Below, piece by piece: positions 20,093 to 30,472 of a stretch of 64,000 nucleotides of DNA (the first letter of the stretch is position 1; each line of letters starts with the position of its first letter). The stretch covers positions 7,020 to 71,019 of the forward strand of contig JBBRSS010000002.1 in NCBI GenBank assembly GCA_038245115.1. Reading direction: 5' to 3'. Made by a program: the position numbers and the translations under genes. The notes beneath the pieces were generated by a model that saw only the letters and a list, made by a program, of their open reading frames with translations, was not told the origin of the DNA and searched no databases. This DNA is from Candidatus Saccharimonadia bacterium. GTDB taxonomy: Bacteria; Patescibacteriota; Saccharimonadia; UBA4664.

Positions 20093-22291
20093 TTGGTTGC
20101 CCCTAGCCTCATCGTTGTTTCGAACAGGCTGCCTATTAGCGTGTCCAAAGATAATGGCAAACTTGTTTACAAGTCGAGCCAGGGCGGGCTAGCTACCGCT
20201 ATGTCTTCTCTCGGTAAATCACAGGAGTATATCTGGATCGGCTGGCCCGGCATCGCCTCCGATCAGCTCACGGTCGAAGACAAAAAGAATATTCGCAAAG
20301 AGCTCACCAAACACAAATGCTACCCCGTATTTCTATCCGCGAAACAGATCGAAAATTTCTATAATGGCTACTCCAACGGCACTATCTGGCCGTTATTTCA
20401 TTATTTCCAATCCCTCACCCAACATCGAGCCGAGTATTGGGAAGAATACAAGAAAGTAAATAAGCTCTACGAAGCGGTCGTCTTAAAGTACGCCACCAAT
20501 AAGTCGACCATCTGGATCCACGATTATCATCTGATGGTGCTGCCGCAGATGTTGCGTACCGAATTGCCCGAAAGCTCCATTGGCTTCTTCCTACACACAC
20601 CGTTTCCGTCCTACGAAATTTACCGGCTCTTGCCCGACCGCAAAGAAGTTGTCGAGGGACTCATCGGCGCAGATCTGGTAGGGTTCCATACCTACGACTA
20701 CGCCCGCCATTTTCTCAGCGGCGTTTTGCGCACCCTAGGCTATGACAACAAAATGTCGTCAATTATTGTGGGTGATCGTTTAGTGCGGGCCGATGTTTTT
20801 CCGATCGGCATAGATTATGAGAAATTTGCACTTGCAGCCAAATCAGCCCCGGTTAAAACCGAAATTGCTGCCCTCAAGAAGCACTTTAACGACCAAAAGA
20901 TTGTGCTATCAGTCGACCGCTTGGATTATTCCAAGGGTATTCTTGAGCGTCTCGAGGCTTTTGACGCTTTCCTGGAGAAAAATCCCCGCTGGCACAAAAA
21001 AATTGTGCTCGTAGTTGTTGCCGTGCCGTCGCGAATTACCGTTGGCGCCTATCAGCAAATGCGCGAAGACATTGAGCGCGCCGTCAGCCGGGTCAATGGC
21101 AAGTACGCTACCGTCGACTGGTCGCCCATCTCATACCAATACAAAAACCTGCCCTTCGATGAACTAATGGCGCTCTACAGCCGGTCCGATGTCGCCCTGG
21201 TGACGCCTCTGCGCGACGGCATGAATTTAGTTGCCAAGGAATATATCGCCAGCAAACAAGGCCGCAATGGGGTACTAATTATTAGCGAAATGGCCGGCGT
21301 CGCCGATGAACTGCCCGAAGCCACCAAAGTCAACCCAAATGACCGCGCAGGAATTGTACGGGCGCTCGAAAACGCGCTCAAAATGACCCCCACCGAACAG
21401 AGGCGACGCCTGGTTGCGATGCAGAATCGGCTGTCGATGTACACCGTGGAACGCTGGGCCGAAGATTTTATCGAACAACTCACTCTGGCCAAAGCACAAC
21501 GCGCAGCCCACGACCTCAACTTCCTAACCTCTCCGGTTATGGACGAAATTGTAAAAAAATATCAGCAGGCCAAAAAACGCTTACTAATGCTCGATTACGA
21601 TGGCACCCTAACCAAATTTGTCTCCGACATCCGACCCATTTCTTCCAAACCCACCAGCAAACTTATGCGTATACTCAAGAAACTAAGTCATACTCAGGGC
21701 AACGAAGTCATGATCGTAAGCGGTCGCCCCAAGCGGGCGCTTGAGTCTTGGTTTAGCAAGCTACCGGTAGCCCTAGTTGCCGAGCATGGCGCCTGGATCA
21801 AAGATCATGGCAAATGGGTCGCACGGTCGAACTTTCCCGCCGACTGGAAAGATCCGGTATTACCGCTTCTCGAAGCCATTACTGAGCGCACTCCCGGCGC
21901 AATAATTGAAAATAAAAACTTTTCACTAGTCTGGCACTACCGCAATGTCGGTCCCGAGCTAGCCTATGTTCGCAAAGCCAACCTAAAGCATGACGTCGAG
22001 AAAAAGCTTCGTGATTCCGATATTGAAGTCTTCCAGGGCAATAAGATTCTCGAATTTAAGCCTCGGTTTATCACTAAAGGCGCCATGGTAAAACAAAAAT
22101 TATCCGAAGGCGCCTATGACTTTATCCTGGCAATCGGCGACGACTATACCGACGAAGATATGTTCGCCGCCCTGCCTGTCGGCGCCTACACCATCAAAGT
22201 TGGCATCGGCAGCTCAATTGCGCGCTACCACCTCAGCTCGGTCGAACAGGTCCACGCCTTTATTGCCAGGCTAGCCGCCTCCATTGAATAG
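20093..22291 (+). CDS. otsAB: Bifunctional trehalose-6-phosphate synthase/phosphatase
   Basis: VVSNRLP, GGLA, WIHDYHL, DRLDYSKG, RDGMNLVAKE; HAD motifs DYDGTL and GDD.TDE. Confidence 0.95.
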   Translation: MVAPSLIVVSNRLPISVSKDNGKLVYKSSQGGLATAMSSLGKSQEYIWIGWPGIASDQLTVEDKKNIRKELTKHKCYPVFLSAKQIENFYNGYSNGTIWPLFHYFQSLTQHRAEYWEEYKKVNKLYEAVVLKYATNKSTIWIHDYHLMVLPQMLRTELPESSIGFFLHTPFPSYEIYRLLPDRKEVVEGLIGADLVGFHTYDYARHFLSGVLRTLGYDNKMSSIIVGDRLVRADVFPIGIDYEKFALAAKSAPVKTEIAALKKHFNDQKIVLSVDRLDYSKGILERLEAFDAFLEKNPRWHKKIVLVVVAVPSRITVGAYQQMREDIERAVSRVNGKYATVDWSPISYQYKNLPFDELMALYSRSDVALVTPLRDGMNLVAKEYIASKQGRNGVLIISEMAGVADELPEATKVNPNDRAGIVRALENALKMTPTEQRRRLVAMQNRLSMYTVERWAEDFIEQLTLAKAQRAAHDLNFLTSPVMDEIVKKYQQAKKRLLMLDYDGTLTKFVSDIRPISSKPTSKLMRILKKLSHTQGNEVMIVSGRPKRALESWFSKLPVALVAEHGAWIKDHGKWVARSNFPADWKDPVLPLLEAITERTPGAIIENKNFSLVWHYRNVGPELAYVRKANLKHDVEKKLRDSDIEVFQGNKILEFKPRFITKGAMVKQKLSEGAYDFILAIGDDYTDEDMFAALPVGAYTIKVGIGSSIARYHLSSVEQVHAFIARLAASIE

Positions 22292-22320
22292 GAGAGATCA
22301 AGTCCGAGCCAATCCAATGG

Positions 22321-23247
22321 CTACTGCCGTTGGCGCCGATACAGCCAGTACAGCGCCACAACCATAAAGGCCAGCGTGCTGATTGTGATAAACGCGAACG
22401 CATGTGAACTCTGCTGGTCGGGTATGGGAACGTTGATTCCAAACAAGCTAAATATAATGGTTGGTATGGTCAACACGACAGTCAAGGAAGTTAGCAGCTC
22501 AACTCGCCGGTTCAAGTTGTTGGTCATTATGTTGGAATACGCTTCACGAATATTCATGGCCGTACGCAAGCTCGATTGGCTCGTTTCACTAAGCTGCCGC
22601 GTAGCCTGCACCAAGTCTTCAATAAGATCGCGGTCTTCCTCGTGAAAGCTCAGACCGTGCCGCCCGCCGAGCAGACTCGACAGTAGCAGGTTTGCCGGGA
22701 TTAATTCTGCCAAAAATGAACTCAAAGCATCTTCGATCACCACGAACTGCACGAAGTCCCGGTTATTAATATTCGACACGTTTAATCTCGCCCGCACGCC
22801 CCGAATCTGACGATCCAGATAATTAATGTTAACCTCGTAACTCAACACTAGGTGACGCAGCAGCAATAATAATAACTTAGCGCGTTGAGTTGTATACAGC
22901 GTCGCGATGTTCATCAATCTATCGAGCCCGGAAAGCGGTTGTCGGGAAATAGTTGCCACAAAATTTGGGCCCACCACTAGCAGCACCGGATCGGTGTCCA
23001 CCACTTCGCCTTTGCGGAATGAGTAGCGCATATACACGTACAGATTGCCTTCGTCTTCATCAATTCGCGGAATTTCATCTGGATCCAGCGCATCCGCGAG
23101 CAAGCCGGGATCCAGCCGATATTTTGTCTCAAGGAGCTTAAGCTCGTCCGCAGTTGGTGCCTCAACCACTATCAGGGAACCCGTCTTAAAAGCCTCAGCT
23201 TCTGTCGCCTTCCCATCCCGAAGGCTGCGATACAAATATTTGATCAT
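22321..23247 (-). CDS. corA: CorA-family divalent cation transporter
   Basis: DALDPDE.PR, N..N....LT..T....IPT...S.FGINV (GMN variant), two C-terminal TMs. Confidence 0.88.
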   Translation of the reverse strand: MIKYLYRSLRDGKATEAEAFKTGSLIVVEAPTADELKLLETKYRLDPGLLADALDPDEIPRIDEDEGNLYVYMRYSFRKGEVVDTDPVLLVVGPNFVATISRQPLSGLDRLMNIATLYTTQRAKLLLLLLRHLVLSYEVNINYLDRQIRGVRARLNVSNINNRDFVQFVVIEDALSSFLAELIPANLLLSSLLGGRHGLSFHEEDRDLIEDLVQATRQLSETSQSSLRTAMNIREAYSNIMTNNLNRRVELLTSLTVVLTIPTIIFSLFGINVPIPDQQSSHAFAFITISTLAFMVVALYWLYRRQRQ

Positions 23248-23345
23248 GACGTTTTTCCTTTGAGTTATTTTCCGCTAGATCAAGTGATCCCGGAAGCCGC
23301 TAGGTGTATTATAGATCGAAAGAGTAAACATAAGGAGAGTTGCCC

Positions 23346-24314
23346 ATGTCAATAGCCGAGATTCCTCTACGCCATATTCTCTCTGCCGATCAATTCGATA
23401 CCGAATTAATCGGCCGTATTTTTGAATACGCCGACCGAGCATCAGTCGCCGTCGAGGACCAGCGCCGCTATCATCAATTGGGCAACCGGTTGTCTGGTCA
23501 TATTTTATACAGACTTTTCTACAAAGAGTCAACTCGTACCTATGAATCATTCGGCTTTGCAGCGACCCATATGGGCATGGCCGTACTTGGCACCCAGAGC
23601 GTTCAATTCTCCTCGGTCGCCAAAGGTGAAACCCTCGAGGATACCATTCGCACCATTTGCAGCTATCGTCCGAGCATGATTGTTTTGCGCAGCGCCAAAG
23701 ACGGCGAGGCTGCCCAGGCCGCCGCCGTTTCATCCGTGCCCATCATTAATGCCGGCGACGGCAGCGGCGAACACCCGACCCAGGCCCTGCTCGACCTCTA
23801 CACCATCCAGCGCGAGCTGGGTCGCACCAGCGGCCTGCATATCGTCATGGGTGGCGACCTGGCCAACGGCCGCACCACGCGCAGCCTCGTCAAACTCGCC
23901 GCCAAGTTCCCCAACAACACTTTTACCTTTATTGCCCCGCCCACCTTCGAGATGAAAGACGACATCCTCGCCGAACTACGGGCCAACAAGATTACCTACA
24001 ACGAAACCGCCGAGGTCAAACCAGCCCTGGCCGCCGCCGATATCGTATATTGGACACGCATCCAGAAAGAGCGCATTAACGCCGCTCAGTCCGAATACCT
24101 CGATGCTCACCCGACCACCGGCACCGACTACAGCCTGGGCCTAGCCGAAGTCTCTCTTATGCCGGCTCACTCCAGGCTCATGCACCCGCTGCCGCGAGTA
24201 GGGGAGATCAAACCCGAAGTCGATTCCGACCCCAGGGCGATCTATTTCAAGCAAATGCACTACGGTCTGCTTATCCGCATGGGGCTCATTGAATGGGCAC
24301 TAGGGTATTTATAA
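23346..24314 (+). CDS. pyrB: Aspartate carbamoyltransferase catalytic subunit
   Basis: STRT, KGETLEDT, INAGDG..EHPTQALLD, HPLPR. Confidence 0.95.
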   Translation: MSIAEIPLRHILSADQFDTELIGRIFEYADRASVAVEDQRRYHQLGNRLSGHILYRLFYKESTRTYESFGFAATHMGMAVLGTQSVQFSSVAKGETLEDTIRTICSYRPSMIVLRSAKDGEAAQAAAVSSVPIINAGDGSGEHPTQALLDLYTIQRELGRTSGLHIVMGGDLANGRTTRSLVKLAAKFPNNTFTFIAPPTFEMKDDILAELRANKITYNETAEVKPALAAADIVYWTRIQKERINAAQSEYLDAHPTTGTDYSLGLAEVSLMPAHSRLMHPLPRVGEIKPEVDSDPRAIYFKQMHYGLLIRMGLIEWALGYL

Positions 24315-24949
24315 TGATGGCCGGTAAACTTATCCTCTCAAGACACGGCGAATCCGAATTTAACGCCAAAAGCCTCTGGACGGGAATTTGGGATATTCCG
24401 CTAACCGATAAGGGCCGACATGAAGCCACGCTAATGGGCGAAGCTCTGGCAGATCTAAAGCCCGACATAGCCTACACCTCCGCACTCATTCGAGCGCAAG
24501 ATACGCTTCGCATAATCCTGCGAACCAATAGCTGGGACATTCCGGTTCACCAAGTTCATCAACTCAACGAGCGCGACTATGGTGAGCTCACTGGCCTCAA
24601 CAAATGGGAGGTCCAGGAAAAATACGGCGATGACCAATTTACCCTCTGGCGACGCGGCTGGGACGAGCCGGTTCCCGGAGGCGAAACCCTCAAAGACGTA
24701 TACGCCCGTTCCACAACCTATTTTAATGAACATATTCTGCATCAACTGACAGGCGGAAAAACAGTTCTAGTAACCGCCCATGGCAATACCCTGCGGGCAC
24801 TCATCAAATATCTCGACCATCTCGATGACAAAGCGGTCGAAAGTTTAGAAATGCCGTTTGGGCAGCTCATTATTTATGAATTTGACGATAATGGAATCGT
24901 AAAATCAAAAGTAATTCGCAAAATCGACACCACCCCGCCCCCAGCCTAG
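24314..24949 (+). CDS. gpmA: 2,3-BPG-dependent phosphoglycerate mutase
   Basis: RHGES, LNERDYG.L.G.NK, WRR, AHGN.LR. Confidence 0.93.
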   Translation: MMAGKLILSRHGESEFNAKSLWTGIWDIPLTDKGRHEATLMGEALADLKPDIAYTSALIRAQDTLRIILRTNSWDIPVHQVHQLNERDYGELTGLNKWEVQEKYGDDQFTLWRRGWDEPVPGGETLKDVYARSTTYFNEHILHQLTGGKTVLVTAHGNTLRALIKYLDHLDDKAVESLEMPFGQLIIYEFDDNGIVKSKVIRKIDTTPPPA

Positions 24950-25128
24950 CTATACCCCTGGTATTTCCTAGCGTAATGTGCTATACTGAGCACAATCTTG
25001 AAGCAGGCCTAGCCTGTCGGTTTTAGTAGAGCGGTTTCGACCGCAATCACGCGAATCTTATTCCGGAGCAAAATATTAAGGGCTCGCGGAATTTTCAAAC
25101 CTCCCGCATTCCCAAGGAGATCATATTA

Positions 25129-25410
25129 ATGCCTGCTAATAAACTTTTTGTCGGCTCCCTGTCGTTCAACACCACAGACGAAGCTCTGGCTGAGGCTTTT
25201 GCCCAAGCCGGTACCGTCGTTAGTGCTAAGGTCATCATGGACCGCGACTCCGGCCGCTCGAAGGGCTTCGGCTTTGTCGAGATGAGCTCGGACGAAGAAG
25301 CACAGAACGCTATCCGCCTCTTGGGTGACCAAGAGCTAGATGGCCGCCGCCTCACGGTCAACATCGCCAAGCCGATGCCTGAGCGTGCCCCTCGCCCGAA
25401 CCGCTACTAA
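25129..25410 (+). CDS. RRM (RNP-1) RNA-binding protein
   Basis: KLFVGSL and RSKGFGFVEM; AAGGAG RBS. Confidence 0.95.
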   Translation: MPANKLFVGSLSFNTTDEALAEAFAQAGTVVSAKVIMDRDSGRSKGFGFVEMSSDEEAQNAIRLLGDQELDGRRLTVNIAKPMPERAPRPNRY

Positions 25411-25436
25411 TCCTTCTGGATTAACTAGCCAAACAT

Positions 25437-25475
25437 AAAAAATACGCCCCTGAGCAATCTCGGGCGTATTTTTTT
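25437..25475 (+). terminator. Intrinsic terminator
   Basis: AAAAAATACGCCC...GGGCGTATTTTTTT. Confidence 0.85.
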
Positions 25476-25766
25476 GTGTGTTTTTTTAGGACTCACATCA
25501 GGAAACTGCCAGAAAAGCATAGACGTATAACGCCATAATCTAGAATAATGTCCATACTATAGCCCTCATGCCTATGACAATATAGGAACGTACCGTACAG
25601 CGCCCGCGGGCCTTAGCATCATCACGAGAACCTGGCCAAAGTGATAGAGAGCTTGGATAAGAGAATACAGGTCGGTTTTGGGACTACAGAGAGCCCAAAG
25701 CCGACTGTGATACTCAAGAAACCCGACGTTGTCGCGGTTTTTTGTTTTGGGACAACAACTCGGCCG

Positions 25767-27029
25767 CTAGATACGATCCAGTACCACGAGCGATTCCAGA
25801 TGCAGTGTTCCCGGGTACAGATCGTAACCAGTAACTCCAGCGGTTCTATAGGCGTCTTTGAGCAACAACACGTCCCGGGCCTGAGTGGCCGGATTACACG
25901 ACAAATAGATAATCTTGGCCGGGGCTGCGGCAATAAGGGTTTTTACGACCTGTAGCTCAAGACCGGCCCGCGGAGGGTCCACCACCACACAATCCACGCC
26001 GGCGAGTAGCTCCGGGCTCAACCTCTGCGCCATCGTCGCCAGCGACCGGTAATTAGTTAGCCCCGCGGCCTCAGCGTTAAGTTTAGCCAATTCTACGCTC
26101 GATGCGTTAATCTCTACCCCCAGCACATCCTTCGAAAACTTTGCCGCCGCCAAGCCAATCGTCCCGACTCCACCGTACAAATCCACGATCCGGGCATTGC
26201 GCGGCATTGCCGCCAGTATAGACTGCAGCACCACTTCAAACATCTCCACATTAGTCTGAAAAAATGCATTGAACGGATAAGTAAGCTTAACGCCACCAAG
26301 GGTGTCCGTCAGCTGAGTCTCGCCGGTGTTCCAAATAAGTTCATGATCAACCCGGCGGCGCACCCTCGACACTACCACCCCGGCCAGTCCCGGAACTGCC
26401 AGATCGCTCCAATCGCGCTTCGGCACCTGATGCAGCGCAATATGGCCAAGAATCCGCCCCGTATCCATACTCTGACGCACCGTCAACGTCTCCATGTATC
26501 CGTCGAGCTTTAGTTTATGCGCCCGATCAATGAGCTCCACGGCCGCCTCATTCATAGCCTCGGAACCGAGTTTGCACCCGTGAGGCAGCGCCACCAAGCC
26601 CTCGTAACTTCCGCGCTCGTGAAATGCCAAATCCAGGCGGTTATCGCCCGGCTTTACCGAAAACTCCAGTTTATTGCGGTAGCCGAAGCGATTTTTGGCG
26701 CCAATCATATCAGCCACAGGCACTTCAAGGCCGGGGCGCGCGAACGCATCAGCCAGCACAACTTTCTTAAGCTCAAGTTGGTAGGCGTACTCAACCCCTT
26801 GCCAGGGTGAGCACGACAAATAATGATCCTCGGCTGGCTGATTGCGCTGCGGTGCTGGGGTAATAATTTTGGCCACGCTCGCTTCAACGAAGCTAGGCTT
26901 ATCCTTAATAATTACCACTTCTGCCGTTTCACCCGGCAACGCCCCCGCCGCAAAGCACGGCCGACCGTCCAAATATCCCAAAGCCTTACCGCCGCCAACT
27001 ATTTTTTCGAATGTAATTGTGTGTGTCAT
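25767..27029 (-). CDS. RNA (uracil-5)-methyltransferase, RlmD/TrmA family
   Basis: TRAM-like N-terminus, YRNK, FFQTN, DLYGGVG, DPPRAG, YLSCNP, P.T.H.E. Confidence 0.92.
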   Translation of the reverse strand: MTHTITFEKIVGGGKALGYLDGRPCFAAGALPGETAEVVIIKDKPSFVEASVAKIITPAPQRNQPAEDHYLSCSPWQGVEYAYQLELKKVVLADAFARPGLEVPVADMIGAKNRFGYRNKLEFSVKPGDNRLDLAFHERGSYEGLVALPHGCKLGSEAMNEAAVELIDRAHKLKLDGYMETLTVRQSMDTGRILGHIALHQVPKRDWSDLAVPGLAGVVVSRVRRRVDHELIWNTGETQLTDTLGGVKLTYPFNAFFQTNVEMFEVVLQSILAAMPRNARIVDLYGGVGTIGLAAAKFSKDVLGVEINASSVELAKLNAEAAGLTNYRSLATMAQRLSPELLAGVDCVVVDPPRAGLELQVVKTLIAAAPAKIIYLSCNPATQARDVLLLKDAYRTAGVTGYDLYPGTLHLESLVVLDRI

Positions 27030-27104
27030 CAGATCACAGTATACCTTGTCCGGTGCGCAATGTTGCTAATCGTGTATGATAATGGCAACAAAGAGGTAAT
27101 GCTG

Positions 27105-28013
27105 ATGCGAATCGGGTTCGTTGGTCTAGGGAAAATGGGCGCTCAAATAGTCACCAAGCTACTGGCGGACGGTCATGAAGTGGTTGTCACAGATATTAAT
27201 GCAGCGGCGGTCGCCTCAATGGCCGATGCCGGTGCCACACCCGCCAAGGACCGCGCCGAGCTAGTTTCGCTCCTGCCTGCTCCGGCCATCATCTGGCTAA
27301 TGATCCCCGCGGATTACGTTGGCGCCGAGCTGGATAGCTTTGCCGAACTGTTGCCGGCAGGATCAATCCTGATTGACGGTGGCAATTCAGATTTTCGCCT
27401 CACCCAGGAACGCAGCCACAAGCTCACGCCCAAGAACATTACGCTCGTCGATGTCGGCACCTCGGGCGGAATTCTCGGTCTTGCCAATGGCTTTTCGATG
27501 ATGGTCGGGGGCCCCGACGAGCAAACCGAGTTAATCGTACCTATTCTGGACACCTTAGCCGCTCCCCGTGGAGCCCATCATCATTTTGGATCCACCGGCG
27601 CCGGACACTACGTCAAAATGGTCCACAACGGCATCGAATACAGCCTAATGCAGGCCTACGCCGAGGGCTATCAGCTGCTTGCCGAAGGTCCCATCGAATC
27701 GCTCGATTTAGCCGCCGTGGCGAACGTTTGGCAACACGGCAGCATCATTGCCTCGGGCTTAAATGAGCTAATCGCCGGAATTTATGCCAAAAATCCAAAG
27801 TTTGACGGCATCGAAGGCTACGTAGCCCAATCTGGCGAGGGGCTATGGACCAGCCAGGTCGCCGCCGCCGCCAAAGTTCCCATGCCGGCCCTCGACGTCG
27901 CCCTCAAAGCCCGCGCCGCCAGCGAAGCCGGCCATATCAGCCACGCCACCAAACTGCTCGCCGCTATGCGCAATGCGTTTGGCGGGCACAACCTCAACCG
28001 GGGCTCAAAATGA
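27105..28013 (+). CDS. gnd: 6-phosphogluconate dehydrogenase (decarboxylating, short type)
   Basis: GLGKMG, IDGGNS, DVGTSGG, KMVHNGIEY, R..FGGH. Confidence 0.95.
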   Translation: MRIGFVGLGKMGAQIVTKLLADGHEVVVTDINAAAVASMADAGATPAKDRAELVSLLPAPAIIWLMIPADYVGAELDSFAELLPAGSILIDGGNSDFRLTQERSHKLTPKNITLVDVGTSGGILGLANGFSMMVGGPDEQTELIVPILDTLAAPRGAHHHFGSTGAGHYVKMVHNGIEYSLMQAYAEGYQLLAEGPIESLDLAAVANVWQHGSIIASGLNELIAGIYAKNPKFDGIEGYVAQSGEGLWTSQVAAAAKVPMPALDVALKARAASEAGHISHATKLLAAMRNAFGGHNLNRGSK

Positions 28014-29485
28014 CCCGAACACCCACCCAACCCGCCGCGCTAGTCATCTTCGGCGTCACTGGGGACTTGGCTCAACACATGCTGCTACCGGCGCTATATC
28101 ATCTGGAAAGCGAAGGCCTACTCCCGGAAAAACTCGCCATTGTCGGCATTTTTCGGCGCGAACCCGATGTCACCGAGATCATCCAGGAAGCCGAAATCCA
28201 GCTCCTACGATCCCATTCGGAGGTAGACCTCGATGTTCTAGCCAAACTCAAATCCAGAATTCATACCGTCAAAATGGACAGCACCAACCCCGATCATTTC
28301 AATCTTCTCGTTGCAAAACTACGTGAGCTCGACAAATCAGCCGGCGTCAAACTAAACCATCTATTTTATCTGGCCATCCCGCCGAACATATTTAAGAAAG
28401 TTATTGGTAATTTAGCCGCCTCCGGTCTCAACCGCTCCAAAGATGGCGAACGCGAAAGCCGCATTCTCGTTGAGAAGCCTTTCGGCGACGATTACGACTC
28501 CGCCAAAGAACTCATCGCGTTCATGTCGGAGCGCTTCGACGAAAAGCAGATCTTTCGTATCGATCATTATCTTGCCAAAGAAACCGCCCAAAATATTCTC
28601 ACCTTTCGTTTCAACAATCCGCTCATCGAAGGCATGTGGAGCCGTCAGTTTATCGACCATATCCAGATCACCGCTATAGAGAAGATCGGAATTCAGGGAC
28701 GGACTGCCTTCTACGAAAACATCGGTGCCCTACGCGACTTTGTCCAAAGCCACTTAATGCAGTTAATGGCCCTCGTGATGATGGAATACCCCGAAAATCT
28801 CACCTCAGACGCCATCCACAAAGAAAAACTCTTACTCCTCGAAAGTATCGAGCAAATTGCCGCCAAGCATGTCGAAGATATTGCCGTTCGTGGCCAATAC
28901 GCTGACTATACCGATGAAGTCGAAAACCCAGACTCCACTGTCGAAACCTTTACCGCTCTCAAGCTCGAGGTTGCCAACTCACGCTGGGGCGGCGTACCTG
29001 TGCTGCTGCGAACCGGCAAATCTACGGCCAACAAAGCCACCGAGATCGTGATCGCCTTCAAGGACCGCACCCGCCGCTCAATTTCCGACAATTTGCTAAT
29101 TATTCGAATTCAACCCAACGAAGGCATAGCGCTCAAGCTGCTGGCCAAAAAACCCGGTTTTACCGCTGAGGTTCAACCGGTCGATATGGAATTTTGTTAC
29201 TCTGGCACCTTCGACGGCCACCAACCTGATGCCTACCAGCGTGTCCTTGTCGATGCCCTGCGCGGCGATCAATCGTTATTTGCCACCAGTGACGAGGTTT
29301 TGGCCAGCTGGCGGCTCCTGCAGCCGGTACTGGACGCCTGGAAGGCCAGTGATGTTCCTCCCGAACGCTATGATGTGGGCAGCTGGGGCCCAGACGGTGC
29401 CGACAAACTTGCCCAAAATTTTGGAACCACCTGGGTCAACGAAAATCAGCACGTTTGCCCCAAACACCCAGCCCCCGAAAAATAG
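28010..29485 (+). CDS. zwf: Glucose-6-phosphate 1-dehydrogenase
   Basis: FG.TGDLA, EKPFG, RIDHYLAKE, RTGK; ATGA overlap with gnd. Confidence 0.96.
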   Translation: MTRTPTQPAALVIFGVTGDLAQHMLLPALYHLESEGLLPEKLAIVGIFRREPDVTEIIQEAEIQLLRSHSEVDLDVLAKLKSRIHTVKMDSTNPDHFNLLVAKLRELDKSAGVKLNHLFYLAIPPNIFKKVIGNLAASGLNRSKDGERESRILVEKPFGDDYDSAKELIAFMSERFDEKQIFRIDHYLAKETAQNILTFRFNNPLIEGMWSRQFIDHIQITAIEKIGIQGRTAFYENIGALRDFVQSHLMQLMALVMMEYPENLTSDAIHKEKLLLLESIEQIAAKHVEDIAVRGQYADYTDEVENPDSTVETFTALKLEVANSRWGGVPVLLRTGKSTANKATEIVIAFKDRTRRSISDNLLIIRIQPNEGIALKLLAKKPGFTAEVQPVDMEFCYSGTFDGHQPDAYQRVLVDALRGDQSLFATSDEVLASWRLLQPVLDAWKASDVPPERYDVGSWGPDGADKLAQNFGTTWVNENQHVCPKHPAPEK

Positions 29486-29504
29486 TTTCCGCCGCGCCAA
29501 GTCG

Positions 29505-30080
29505 CTAGCGTACTAACCGAGCTACGCGCTCCAAGATCACATCCAGCCACCACAAGCTCACGCGGTAAGTAGTCGCCAATTCCACTAGCACTGCGTTTAC
29601 TGCCGCGTACTGGTCACCCAACCGCGCCCCGGACTCAAGCTCCGGCATCAATCCCATTCCCGCCAAGGCGCGCTCGGAGTAGTCATTCCACACCCCATAT
29701 TGCCTCGGATATGTTACCAGTAGCAGGGGAGTCAGCTTAGCTTTGCCCAGATGCGGCACCGCCAGCTCACCGCGACCGGGCTCTAGCTCATTCAGCCTAT
29801 CTGCAATCGGTCGGGTTTCATCAATCAACACCAACAAAGCCGCCCGCAGCCGCTCCATATCCACCGTCACATCATCGCGGCTAATCTCGCGCCAGCGTTT
29901 ATTTTGCTTATAGCTCAAAAACCCCGTCATATCCTGCTTAGTGAGGCTAGCGATACCCTTGGGCGAAAATATCACGCCCCAATACTGCGTAACTTCCAGC
30001 TCTTGCAGCCTTAAAGCCATTACGCTCGGCGTAGAATCACGAAAAACTGCAATCTGGGTGGTAGGAATGAGTGCGCTCAT
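29505..30080 (-). CDS. Hypothetical protein
   Basis: 191 aa; LGKA.LT.LL...YP..Y.VWN..S..AL motif. Confidence 0.7.
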   Translation of the reverse strand: MSALIPTTQIAVFRDSTPSVMALRLQELEVTQYWGVIFSPKGIASLTKQDMTGFLSYKQNKRWREISRDDVTVDMERLRAALLVLIDETRPIADRLNELEPGRGELAVPHLGKAKLTPLLLVTYPRQYGVWNDYSERALAGMGLMPELESGARLGDQYAAVNAVLVELATTYRVSLWWLDVILERVARLVR

Positions 30081-30089
30081 CGAGCAATC

Positions 30090-30428
30090 TTACTTGCTAC
30101 TTATCATACTGGCGAGCCCTATCTGGACAATCATCAGACCCCACAAGCCCCAATACACTCTTTGGGGTAGCGATTTCTTTCGAAACGCTTCGAATAGCCC
30201 CAAAATAGCAGCGGCCAACACAATCTTCAGTACCGTCCGCCACAAGTACAAATCGTGATAATCAAGCGCTACAAGCACAAATCCGGTCAAAAACTGCGCC
30301 CGCGCGCCCATCACGGCCCAGCGCGTCGCTGTTCGCAGCTTTGAGCGCAACTGAGTCACCAGCCCCCATACAATCGCCGCCACACCCAACAAGTGCAATC
30401 CCAGAATCACTGCTCCAAATACTTCCAT
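30090..30428 (-). CDS. Small 4-TM membrane protein
   Basis: LH.LG, Q..TG..LV, hydrophobic helices; AGGAG RBS. Confidence 0.75.
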   Translation of the reverse strand: MEVFGAVILGLHLLGVAAIVWGLVTQLRSKLRTATRWAVMGARAQFLTGFVLVALDYHDLYLWRTVLKIVLAAAILGLFEAFRKKSLPQRVYWGLWGLMIVQIGLASMISSK

Positions 30429-30472
30429 CTCTGTCTCCTGCTATAGATTGAATATACCGCTCATGCTAACAT

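Noticed and set aside
26823-28009. Long N-terminal extensions of gnd and zwf in the ORF track (also metK 39001 and the stalk gene 54882)
   Set aside because: They overlap neighbouring genes or the riboswitch; family homology begins at the downstream ATGs.
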